Under the pieces are notes generated by a model, which did no database searches, was not told where the DNA came from, and worked only from the letters and a program-made list of their open reading frames with translations. From an uncultured Pygmaiobacter sp. (GTDB taxonomy: Bacteria > Bacillota > Clostridia > Oscillospirales > Ruminococcaceae), in assembly GCA_944386485.1 (NCBI GenBank), contig CALXBG010000028.1, positions 1 to 29,708 on the forward strand: DNA of 29,708 bases. Direction: 5' to 3'. A program made the translations under genes and the position numbers. Below are positions 6,593 to 14,071 of this stretch, one piece after another (the stretch's first letter is position 1; each line of letters opens with the position of its first letter).

Positions 6593-8167
6593 ATGTGGGA
6601 CGAAGAATTTGACAGCGATCTCGACACCGGAAGCGACGTCGATTGCGATGTCGACGACGGCGGTTATGACCTCGATGACAGCGGATCCGATCTGCAGGTC
6701 AATCTTGACGAGAGCGTGGATTTCGATCTTGCCGATGTCGAACCGGCCGAACCCGCGGATCTCGATCTGGATGCAGAAGACTTTGAGGAACCCGCGGCGG
6801 ATCTGCCGGTGGAGCTCGAGGATGCCGGCGATCTTGCCGACGGCATGGCGCTGGATGAGGTCGAGGTGGCCGACCTCGGCGATCCCGAGGAGGAGCCGTC
6901 CGCCGGCGGCGAAATCAGCGATGAGCTGCTCGAGGCTTGGATGCAGGCTGAGCAGGAGGGGATACAGGAGTCCGGCGAAGAGGACGTCAAGGTACTGCGC
7001 CGGGATCCGGATGAGCTGATGGAGACCGGGATGCAGAATGTCGAGGAAATCCTCGACGTCCGCCGCGACGACATGATGGATAAGGGGATGAGCGAGGAGG
7101 AGATTGAGCAGGCAATCGCACAGGAGCGGGAGGCGCTGCGGTGGGAGTTTGTGCAGGACGCCTTCCCCGAGCGGTTTGAAGCACAGGAGCCCGAAGAGCT
7201 CGAAATGGAAGAGACAGCCGACCTTGCAGTAAAGGAAGAGAACGACACCGAAGAGGTTACCGATCTTGCAGCTGCACAGGATCTCGACCTGGAACAGGAT
7301 GAGGCGGATGCCCTGGAAACAGAATCGGAGGAGCTGGATGAGACGGCGGATACAGGGCTTGAGGGGACTCAGGTGACAGACGCCGATCTAGAGGAGGAAA
7401 CCGAGCCGGAGGACGATCTCGCCGAGCCGCTGGAGGAAGAGGAGATTTCCGAGCCGCTGGCAGAGGAACTGTCAAAAACCGAGCTGGAGGATACGGCGCT
7501 GCCCGAAGACGTTTCGGATGAGGAGGAAGAAGCGCCCGATCTGATGCGGGAGCTGGTGCGGCAGAATGTGCAGGACGTCCGGCTGCCGCGAGAAGGCGGC
7601 ACCTGGGCCGACCCCGCGCAGGCGGGGGAGGGGCTCTGGATACCGGACGACGATGCCGAACTCTTCTGGAAGGAGGAAGCCGGCGGCTCGATGACCGGCG
7701 CCGAGTTCAAACAGCGGTATGGGGTCGAGGGGGTGACCTACCGGGACGGAGAACCGGATTTTGAACCGTTCGAGGACGAACTGTTGGGCCATGTTGAACT
7801 GGAGGAGATGCCGACCGAGCGCACCGGGGCAGAGGGCAGCTATGCCGCCGCAACCCGCGCCGCCGCCGACCGGCTCGGAATCAGCGAGCAGGAGGTCGAG
7901 CAGCGGATGGAGGAGCGGGGGTTGACCTGGCACGAATGTGGCGACCGGCGAACGGTGCGGGCGATTCCGACCGAGGTCAACGCCGCGTTTCCCCACACCG
8001 GCGGAATCAGCATCCAGCGCGGCGTGCGGGCGATGGCGGAAGAACTAGCCGACCGGTATGGAACCGTGCGGCTGGATCGCAACGGCCCTGCCGGAACAAC
8101 CGAAGGGTTGACCGAGGCCCGCGGTGCCGTCCGGAGGGAATACCGTGGACAAAAGCGGAAGCTGTGA
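6593..8167 (+). CDS. Hyper-acidic protein with a C-terminal HNH/EndoVII-fold (WHH / GH-E-like, polymorphic-toxin type) nuclease domain
   Basis: 524-aa ORF. RBS AAAGGAG lies 6 nt before the ATG and 12 nt after the ATPase stop codon. 42 of the first 100 residues are D/E and none is K/R (counted by hand). The C-terminal region GEPDFEPF...GHVELE...LTWHECGDRRTVRAIPTEVNAAFPHTGG (about 7748-8020) follows the PDF...(Y)TWHH...LVP..H....HTGG layout of HNH/EndoVII toxin domains. The domain call is from memory of the family pattern, not from a search. Confidence 0.7.
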   Translation: MWDEEFDSDLDTGSDVDCDVDDGGYDLDDSGSDLQVNLDESVDFDLADVEPAEPADLDLDAEDFEEPAADLPVELEDAGDLADGMALDEVEVADLGDPEEEPSAGGEISDELLEAWMQAEQEGIQESGEEDVKVLRRDPDELMETGMQNVEEILDVRRDDMMDKGMSEEEIEQAIAQEREALRWEFVQDAFPERFEAQEPEELEMEETADLAVKEENDTEEVTDLAAAQDLDLEQDEADALETESEELDETADTGLEGTQVTDADLEEETEPEDDLAEPLEEEEISEPLAEELSKTELEDTALPEDVSDEEEEAPDLMRELVRQNVQDVRLPREGGTWADPAQAGEGLWIPDDDAELFWKEEAGGSMTGAEFKQRYGVEGVTYRDGEPDFEPFEDELLGHVELEEMPTERTGAEGSYAAATRAAADRLGISEQEVEQRMEERGLTWHECGDRRTVRAIPTEVNAAFPHTGGISIQRGVRAMAEELADRYGTVRLDRNGPAGTTEGLTEARGAVRREYRGQKRKL

Positions 8168-8170
8168 ATA

Positions 8171-8220
8171 AAAAGAGCCGGGATCTTGGACCGTCACGCC
8201 CAAGATCCCGGCTCTTTCTT
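8171..8220. terminator. Bidirectional rho-independent terminator between convergent genes
   Basis: Perfect 16-bp stem: AGAGCCGGGATCTTGG (8174-8189) pairs with CCAAGATCCCGGCTCT (8200-8215). An A-run lies upstream and TTCTT downstream, so it can serve both the + strand operon and the minus-strand HAD gene. Confidence 0.8.
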
Positions 8221-8235
8221 GCGGTTGAGAAAAGA

Positions 8236-9069
8236 TCAGCGGTCGGCGGGGCGGGTCATCCGCACCGCGGCGAAACCGGCCAGCAGCGGCAGAGCCACAC
8301 AGGCCGCGACGCCTGCTGCGTTGCCAACGAACAGAAAGTAGATCAGTCCGACTAGCCCAACCAACATCAACAGTACCGAAAAGAGTGCAAGACCGCGGCG
8401 CAGCCCCTCGGCTCGATTTCGACTAAGTACGGCGGTCAGAACGTCTTCAGGCACGGCTGCGATCTGCTGGGCACCGGCCGCTTCCAGCTCATCGGCGTCT
8501 CGAAAACCCCACAGTACGCCGCAGCTTGCGGTTTTGGCATTCTGGGCGGTGTGGATGTCGACGTTGCTGTCCCCGACATAGAGTACCTGATCGGGATGCA
8601 GCCCAAAGTCAGCGATTACGCGATTGAGTGCGGCGGGATCGGGTTTAACCAGCGTACCCTGCTGGCCCGCAACCGAGTCGAAAATGCCGGGGAAGTATTG
8701 TTCAACGATCTGGGTGACAAATTCATGTGGTTTGTTTGAGACCACGCCGAGCCGAATCCCTTTAGCTTTAAGGGCGGTCAGCAGCTGTGGGATGCCGGGA
8801 TAGGGAACGGTGCAGTCCCGCATATGGGCCTGATAATGGGTGTCAAACAAACCGCTTGCCCGCTCGACGGCGGATTCATCGGTTCGCAGCTGCTCAGGCA
8901 GCATCCGCAGAATCAGATTGCGTCGTCCATCTCCGACAAGGTGCTTGTATTCCTCCACGGTGTAGGTGGGCAGCCCCATCTCGGTCAGCGCAAAATTGCA
9001 GGCATTGGCAAGATCCTCGATGGTGTTGAGCAGAGTGCCGTCGAGGTCGAAAATCACAGCTTTGATCAT
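8236..9069 (-). CDS. HAD-superfamily phosphatase (phosphoglycolate phosphatase/PpaX-like) with a C-terminal hydrophobic hairpin
   Basis: HAD motif I is present: MIKAVIFDLDGTLLNT. Later motifs are VVSNK and YVGDSNVDI. I chose the ATG at 9069 because a perfect RBS (AAAGGAG) lies 9 nt upstream. The track's GTG at 9090 abuts that RBS. The last ~55 aa are two hydrophobic segments: LALFSVLLMLVGLVGLIYFLFVG and VAACVALPLLAGFAAV. Confidence 0.85.
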   Translation of the reverse strand: MIKAVIFDLDGTLLNTIEDLANACNFALTEMGLPTYTVEEYKHLVGDGRRNLILRMLPEQLRTDESAVERASGLFDTHYQAHMRDCTVPYPGIPQLLTALKAKGIRLGVVSNKPHEFVTQIVEQYFPGIFDSVAGQQGTLVKPDPAALNRVIADFGLHPDQVLYVGDSNVDIHTAQNAKTASCGVLWGFRDADELEAAGAQQIAAVPEDVLTAVLSRNRAEGLRRGLALFSVLLMLVGLVGLIYFLFVGNAAGVAACVALPLLAGFAAVRMTRPADR

Positions 9070-9121
9070 AAAAACGTACTCCTTTGGCACAGCCGAACGA
9101 TGTTCGGCCAGAATATTTGGT

Positions 9122-10498
9122 TCAGAGATTGAATTCTAACTCCCGCGCCCGGAAAAACTCGATACCGCGCAGATGATAGGTCCGGCGGGTGGGAGTGAAG
9201 ATCCGCAGATCACATCGCCCAGCAGAGGCAGCGGTCGGGAACCGGGTGATCAAAAGGGAGAGGTCATCGGTATAGAGTGAGACCAGATACCGGGTGAACC
9301 CACGGCAATAGCTGACCGAAAGGGTGCGGTTTTCATTGCGGCAAAACCCCTCACGGAAAAAACCCTCAAGACTGCATAGCAGAGCGCCTAGTGCGAGCAG
9401 AGCCAAAATCCAGAGCAAAAAGCTCACCTGCGGCAGCACCCGCAACGAGACGATTCCCAGCGAGAGAACCAGAATCAGCAGCGAGCCGGGTTTCCACAGA
9501 TACTGCGGCAGGCTTTTGCGGCGGGGATTGCACAGCGGCCGGTCAGGCGGGCAAAACTCGGGCAGCAACTGGCGCAGCTGTGGGACACTTTTTTTGCTCA
9601 GGGTAAAGATTGGCAGGTCCTCACCGCGAAAGCAGCCCGCGCTCAGATAGACCGGGCAGCGGCGCAACAACCGTGCGGCCGGGGTAATTCGCAGACTGCT
9701 GGCGGTAATCGCGTCGACAAAGACCCGCCGTTCGGTATGGGTCAAAAGACCGCCTCGGCTGAGCAGCACACCACCCGAGCGGGCGGCGGTAAATCGGTAG
9801 GTCCGCAAAAGGCTGTTGAAAAGAGAAAGGGCGAAGACCAGCAGCCCTATCGTTACCACAAGCGAAGCGCCTGCCGGCACAAAAGCGGTCAACAGATGCT
9901 CCAGCCGGGTGATCCCGTCGATCGCGAGTGCCCGAAAATCCTCCCCGAGAAGAGAAAAGATTCGGCGGGCGGAAAGAACCGAAAAAAAGGCGGTGGCGAT
10001 CACATTTGCCGACAGCAGCATGAAGAAAAGCCGTTCGGCCCCGACCGGAGTAAAGGCACTCGCCGCAGCGGCATCAGGCACCAGACGGCGGGCAAGCCGA
10101 CGTGCCTGACGGGCGGATAGGGTGATTTTGATTCTGCGCAGACCGCTGCCTGCGCGAAAATAAATGGTCAACACCGAGGCCCCGAACAGGCGGCAGAGAA
10201 GGTTGCGCTGTAACTCCACCGCGCTCACCTGCGCGGTAGAGGTGCGGTTGCAGCGGCGCAGCAGAACACCACTTCGAATCATCAGTACACCGTCGGTCAA
10301 TGAGAGGGAACTGGCTCGATGCATTGCCGCCAAAATCCCACCGCAGGCAAGCAAGATGGCAAACTCCTGCATCAGGGTTCGCCAGGCGGAAAAAAAGGCA
10401 AAATCCAGTACTGCCTGCAAGACCGGCAGCAGGCAGAGCAGCAGAAAGTACTTGACATATTTTAGAAAATGCAGCGGGTGTAATCGAATGGGGTGCAT
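9122..10498 (-). CDS. YdbT-like membrane protein with repeated bacterial PH (bPH_2) domains
   Basis: The start at 10498 (MHPIRLHPLHFLKYVKYF...) overlaps the upstream stop codon in an ATGA junction. TM helices alternate with PH-like segments, for example SLSLTDGVLMIRSGVLLRRCNRTSTAQVSAVELQRNLLCRLFGASVLTIYF. Size and pairing match the ydbS-ydbT arrangement. Confidence 0.75.
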   Translation of the reverse strand: MHPIRLHPLHFLKYVKYFLLLCLLPVLQAVLDFAFFSAWRTLMQEFAILLACGGILAAMHRASSLSLTDGVLMIRSGVLLRRCNRTSTAQVSAVELQRNLLCRLFGASVLTIYFRAGSGLRRIKITLSARQARRLARRLVPDAAAASAFTPVGAERLFFMLLSANVIATAFFSVLSARRIFSLLGEDFRALAIDGITRLEHLLTAFVPAGASLVVTIGLLVFALSLFNSLLRTYRFTAARSGGVLLSRGGLLTHTERRVFVDAITASSLRITPAARLLRRCPVYLSAGCFRGEDLPIFTLSKKSVPQLRQLLPEFCPPDRPLCNPRRKSLPQYLWKPGSLLILVLSLGIVSLRVLPQVSFLLWILALLALGALLCSLEGFFREGFCRNENRTLSVSYCRGFTRYLVSLYTDDLSLLITRFPTAASAGRCDLRIFTPTRRTYHLRGIEFFRARELEFNL

Positions 10499-10914
10499 CA
10501 ATCCTCGCCTCCCGTCAGCAGTGCGGTTTGCAGCCGCTCGCTGTCCGCAGGTGATAACCCGATCAGAATTACCGTCGCGCCCGAGGTAAAAACGACCATC
10601 CCGCAGGCGCCCAGCAATCGGCCCAGCGGGGTGGAGAAGGTCCACACACCGGTCACGCTCCGCAGCGGAACCCGGCGCAGCGTGCGGTAAAAAAAGCCCC
10701 GCTCAACCGAAAATTCTCGCCCGCTTACCCGCACCCGGTACCCTAACTGGTGCAGTAGTGCGAGTCCCACCGAAGCCAACGTGCCGCAGAGAAAGACAAC
10801 CAATGCCGCTAGCCAGTTCCAAAATAACCAGAGCAGAAAACCGCAAACCCCAAACAGGCCGGTCAGCCAGAGAGCAGCCAGCATCGCGCCTTTTCGGGTT
10901 ACGGTATAATTCAT
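10498..10914 (-). CDS. YdbS-like PH-domain (bPH_2) membrane protein
   Basis: Start ATG at 10914 (MNYTVTRKGAMLAALWL...). Two TM helices are followed by VSGREFSVERGFFYRTLRRVPLRSVTGVWTFSTPLGRLLGACGMVVFTSG, which is typical of the bPH_2 family. The upstream 120 codons of the track ORF overlap the preceding gene and were rejected. Confidence 0.75.
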   Translation of the reverse strand: MNYTVTRKGAMLAALWLTGLFGVCGFLLWLFWNWLAALVVFLCGTLASVGLALLHQLGYRVRVSGREFSVERGFFYRTLRRVPLRSVTGVWTFSTPLGRLLGACGMVVFTSGATVILIGLSPADSERLQTALLTGGED

Positions 10915-10945
10915 AAGAAATACTCCATTTAGTATAAAAACTCGG

Positions 10946-12349
10946 TTACCAGGTTGGATCAATTTCCTGCCCGTCCTGCAGATTCGAGAGCACGGAGAGC
11001 AAACGGGAAAGATAACTGCTGCGAACAGCGTACTGTGCGGTTCCATCAATCTCGATCGCATGCCGCTTGACGCCATAGGGGATAAACCGGATGACCTCGG
11101 TACGGTAGCCGGAGTCCGGCAGCTCAGGGCCGGCAAGCGGCTCGTCGTAAACAAAGGTGATGACCGCGTCGGGCGGAATGTTCTGCATCGGGTCTTCCAT
11201 CTCATATTCCGCCCGCAGCGAGCAGAGTAGACGGTAAAACTGCTCGAAGGTCTCCTGTGAGAGAAATTCTCCATTGAAAGAAACGCTGGTTTCGGTCAGG
11301 TCGAACAGATAGGTTTGCCCGGACGCCTCGATCTGAATCTCCCGCAATGTATCCAGCGCGGGTGCCATCAGATACCGGCTCATCAGCGCATAACGGGTCA
11401 CCCCGATCCAATGAGCTTCGCTCAGATTAAGGCGATAGACTGCGGGGACCCCTTCACGATACAGATAGTAGAAATTGCCGGTAAAATTACCAATCCGCAG
11501 GGTGACGCTCTGGCCCAATAAGGTGAAAGAAAGGGTGGAATAATCGCTTTCATCGGACAAGCCATACTCTTTCAGTTCAGGTTCGCTGGGATAAAGGGTC
11601 ACCACACCATCGGCCCGCAGCGTGCTGAGCTGGTCAAAATAGGTCGTAAAGGCATCGGGGTCAACGTAGCTCAGCCGATCCCCAGCCAGCTGATAAGAGT
11701 AGCTCAGTTCCATCCCGTCGGTCTGGGGGATGGGCAGACGGTCCAGCCGCAGCGTCTGACCGTTTGTGGTCCACTCGATACTGCTGGGCAGCGCATTGCC
11801 CGCTTCCTCTACCGGAGAGAGGGAGAGATCCAGATAACTGCTGATATCAGACAGCAGATACCGGATGCTGCTGCGCCCGATCTGGTAGACCGTGTTCCCG
11901 CCGTTGACCCGGATATAGTATTGATCTGTTCCGGTAATCTGTGCACCGACCTCGATGGAGATTCCGCCCCCGTCGGAATAGGTGGCCTGCGCCTGTGCGA
12001 GAGGAAAATCAAATCCGTAGTCGATCGGTGCGTCGGGATCCTGCACCAGCGGGCCGACTGCCGTCAGGCTGGTACACTCCCGCGCCAGCTCGTCGCAGGC
12101 AGACTGCGAGAGAGGAAATCCGGCAAGCCGGTCACAGGAATAGACCCCGTCTTCTGCGGTGACCGAATAGGCGCCGCCGGCATTGATAATCTCGACCGAG
12201 GCGAAGGCGTTCTGTGCCCGGTCCGAGAGGGTGACCTCGGTCGGTGCTTCGCTGCGGGAAGAGGGGAAAAATAGCGATAGCGAGACGGCGAGGACCCCAA
12301 GCACCGTAAAGGCGAGCAGAGAGGTAAAAAATTGTTTGTTGATCTTCAT
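10946..12349 (-). CDS. N-terminally anchored extracytoplasmic protein (DUF4340-like; family assignment tentative)
   Basis: 467-aa ORF. ATG at 12349 with RBS GGAGG 6 nt upstream. N-terminal signal/anchor MKINKQFFTSLLAFTVLGVLAVSLSLFF. The remainder is hydrophilic and beta-rich, with no catalytic motif that I recognise. Confidence 0.7.
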   Translation of the reverse strand: MKINKQFFTSLLAFTVLGVLAVSLSLFFPSSRSEAPTEVTLSDRAQNAFASVEIINAGGAYSVTAEDGVYSCDRLAGFPLSQSACDELARECTSLTAVGPLVQDPDAPIDYGFDFPLAQAQATYSDGGGISIEVGAQITGTDQYYIRVNGGNTVYQIGRSSIRYLLSDISSYLDLSLSPVEEAGNALPSSIEWTTNGQTLRLDRLPIPQTDGMELSYSYQLAGDRLSYVDPDAFTTYFDQLSTLRADGVVTLYPSEPELKEYGLSDESDYSTLSFTLLGQSVTLRIGNFTGNFYYLYREGVPAVYRLNLSEAHWIGVTRYALMSRYLMAPALDTLREIQIEASGQTYLFDLTETSVSFNGEFLSQETFEQFYRLLCSLRAEYEMEDPMQNIPPDAVITFVYDEPLAGPELPDSGYRTEVIRFIPYGVKRHAIEIDGTAQYAVRSSYLSRLLSVLSNLQDGQEIDPTW

Positions 12350-12429
12350 CAAACGCCTCCATGAAAAGCGGATGAGAAGCGCGGGCGCCTACCGGCAAGC
12401 GGATGCATCCCGAACTTATCCTTCCTTTC

Positions 12430-12435
12430 ATTATA
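12430..12435 (-). promoter_or_regulatory. Candidate -10 box (TGTATAAT) for the minus-strand operon 12349 to 8236
   Basis: The minus strand reads ...TTTTGTATAATGAAAGGAAG. No convincing -35 was found, so the call is weak. Confidence 0.3.
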
Positions 12436-12477
12436 CAAAATATGCCGTCGGGAGAAAAGCAAAAGCCGATCCGGGCC

Positions 12478-12505
12478 ACAAAAAAGGACCGCGCCAGCGC
12501 GGTCC
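12478..12505 (-). terminator. Rho-independent terminator of the trkA-like pair
   Basis: Stem GGACCGCG (12486-12493) pairs with CGCGGTCC (12498-12505). On the minus strand it is followed by TTTTTTGT. It lies 15 nt after the stop at 12520. Confidence 0.7.
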
Positions 12506-12519
12506 GAAATCAGAAAACA

Positions 12520-13185
12520 TCAGCGTTCGTCCAGATCCCACAGCCGGGCAAGATCGTGGAAGGCGGTGTTCTTTGCAACACAGACCACCTTGTCTCCGCC
12601 CAACAGTACGGTGTTGCCGCGGGGAATAATCAATTCCTGGCCGCGGGTGAGGAAGACGATGACCACGTCGTGCGGGATCTCCAGCTCGGCAAGGGTGCGC
12701 CCGGAATACTTGAAGTCATCCGGCAGAAAAACCTCGGTCAGCGAAGCGTCCCCGCCTGCAATGCTCATCAGGTGATGGATCGCATCGGTCTCAACCTCTC
12801 GCTCGATCAGCCGCGCGATATTGTCGGTGCTGCTCACCGCAATGTCGACCCCAAGCTCCTTGAGCACCGGGGTATTTTTGGGGTTGTTGACCCGGGCGAT
12901 GGTCTTTTTGACCCCGAAGACTTTTTTAGCCAGCTGGCAGGCGATCAGGTTCGCCTCATCCTTGCCGGTCACTCCGACCAGCGCCTGACAACTGTCCACC
13001 TTGGCGATCTCGAGGATCTCGACCAGCGTGCCGTCCCCGTGGACGACCGGGAAATCCAGATTTTCGGCCAGATGGCTGCAGGTCTGTTCGTCCAGCTCAA
13101 TGATGACCGGCTCGTGGCCATGCTCCATCAGGGTCTTGGACAGATAGTAACCGACCTTTCCGCCGCCGACGATGCAAACGCGCAT
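12520..13185 (-). CDS. TrkA/KtrA-family potassium-uptake regulatory protein (RCK_N + RCK_C)
   Basis: Rossmann motif MRVCIVGGGKVGYYL at the N-terminus. Length is 221 aa. The C-terminal TrkA-C-like segment is GRTLAELEIPHDVVIVFLTRGQELIIPRGNTVLLGGDKVV. Confidence 0.9.
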   Translation of the reverse strand: MRVCIVGGGKVGYYLSKTLMEHGHEPVIIELDEQTCSHLAENLDFPVVHGDGTLVEILEIAKVDSCQALVGVTGKDEANLIACQLAKKVFGVKKTIARVNNPKNTPVLKELGVDIAVSSTDNIARLIEREVETDAIHHLMSIAGGDASLTEVFLPDDFKYSGRTLAELEIPHDVVIVFLTRGQELIIPRGNTVLLGGDKVVCVAKNTAFHDLARLWDLDER

Positions 13186-13188
13186 GGA

Positions 13189-13611
13189 TCACTCCTCCTC
13201 CTTTAATGCAGTATTGAGCAGGGTGTCCACCGTCAACAGGGTGGGGCAGATGGTATGAATCGCCATCTGTCCGGCAAAGACCTCCTGCCGCGCGGGATCA
13301 TAGATCCGGGCGGTCACGTTTTGGACCCCGAAGACCTTGGTTGCGACCTGTGCGACCATAATATTGGTGTTGTCACTGGGGGTAACCGCAATAACGGCGT
13401 CACAGCTCTCGATGCCCGCGGAGCGCAGGACATCCAGATCAATAGGCTCGCCGCAGACACAAAGACCCGAGAAACCTGCCAGCCGTACATTGTCCGAGGG
13501 ATCCAGCGCCGAGGCGCTCTTGTCCACGATCGAGACATCGTGACCGCGGTTTTCCAGTACCTGTGCCAGATAAGACCCTACCTTGCCGCAGCCGACAATC
13601 AAAACATTCAA
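13189..13611 (-). CDS. TrkA-N (RCK N-terminal, NAD-binding) domain protein lacking an RCK_C domain
   Basis: (M)NVLIVGCGKVGSYLAQVLENRGHDVSIVD. I chose TTG at 13611 as the start because RBS GAGGTG lies 6 nt upstream. The track ORF extends to 13914, but that extension runs antisense through tRNA-Arg and an AT-rich promoter region. Confidence 0.8.
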   Translation of the reverse strand: MNVLIVGCGKVGSYLAQVLENRGHDVSIVDKSASALDPSDNVRLAGFSGLCVCGEPIDLDVLRSAGIESCDAVIAVTPSDNTNIMVAQVATKVFGVQNVTARIYDPARQEVFAGQMAIHTICPTLLTVDTLLNTALKEEE

Positions 13612-13774
13612 ACCACACACCTCATTCCAGCGAAAAGCGGTTAAAAGGTACGCCCGGCAAAATACAAATTGCCGAGCAGCTATATTATAACGCACTTCCT
13701 GTAAAATAGCAATAAACAGATGAATCTTGACCCCGGAAAAGGAAAAGATGATCAGGGAAAAAGCAGACAAAGGC

Positions 13775-13802
13775 TTGCAAAAATGAAAAAATGTGGTATG
13801 AT
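13775..13802 (+). promoter_or_regulatory. Promoter of tRNA-Arg
   Basis: -35 TTGCAA (13775-13780), 16-nt spacer, extended -10 TGgTATGAT (13794-13802). It lies ~25 nt upstream of the tRNA 5' end. Confidence 0.6.
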
Positions 13803-13826
13803 AATAAATGCACTTTAACAGCGCAT

Positions 13827-13903
13827 GCGTCCGTAGCTCAGTTGGATAGAGCGTTCGGCTCCGACCCGGAAGGCCGCAGGTTCGAATCCTGTCGGGCGCA
13901 CCA
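13827..13903 (+). tRNA. tRNA-Arg (anticodon CCG), 77 nt including CCA
   Basis: Acceptor GCGTCCG pairs with CGGGCGC. D arm is GCTC-AGTTGGATA-GAGC. Anticodon stem TTCGG/CCGGA carries loop CTCCGAC. T arm is GCAGG-TTCGAAT-CCTGT, followed by ACCA. Confidence 0.93.
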
Positions 13904-13949
13904 AAAATCGGCAAGTATCTAAAAGGTACTTGCCGATTTTTATTTTTTA
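13904..13949 (+). terminator. Rho-independent terminator after tRNA-Arg
   Basis: Stem ATCGGCAAGTA (13907-13917) pairs with TACTTGCCGAT (13927-13937). It is followed by TTTTATTTTTT. Confidence 0.85.
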
Positions 13950-13991
13950 CATGCCCTTTGGAAAATAGCGGGTAGAATGGCGGGAAGACAG

Positions 13992-14020
13992 TTGTCGCAC
14001 CAGCAGGGACGTGGTATACT
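13992..14020 (+). promoter_or_regulatory. Candidate promoter of the zinc-ribbon membrane protein gene
   Basis: -35 TTGTCG (13992-13997), 17-nt spacer, extended -10 TGgTATACT (14012-14020). Confidence 0.5.
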
Positions 14021-14071
14021 GAAGGTACAAAATTCCTCAGAATGAAAACAGGATCAAAAGGAGGGAGTCAG

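Noticed and set aside
6593-7560. Possible DNA-level tandem repeat or CRISPR-like periodicity in the acidic-region coding sequence
   Set aside because: The GA(T/C)/GA(G/A)-rich sequence reflects Asp/Glu codon bias. I could not find a consistent repeat unit or spacer structure.
1-8235. Prophage, integrative element or toxin-antitoxin interpretation of the tRNA-adjacent cluster
   Set aside because: No integrase, recombinase, phage structural gene, att-like repeat of the tRNA 3' end or small antitoxin-sized ORF is visible. Mobility therefore cannot be claimed from this window. The window starts 49 nt before the tRNA, so upstream content is unknown.
13612-13914. N-terminal extension of the TrkA-N ORF to 13914, and small ORFs at 37-250
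   Set aside because: The extension overlaps tRNA-Arg in antisense and crosses AT-rich promoter DNA. The 37-250 ORFs overlap tRNA-Glu and its terminator hairpins. Internal starts with an RBS explain the real gene.
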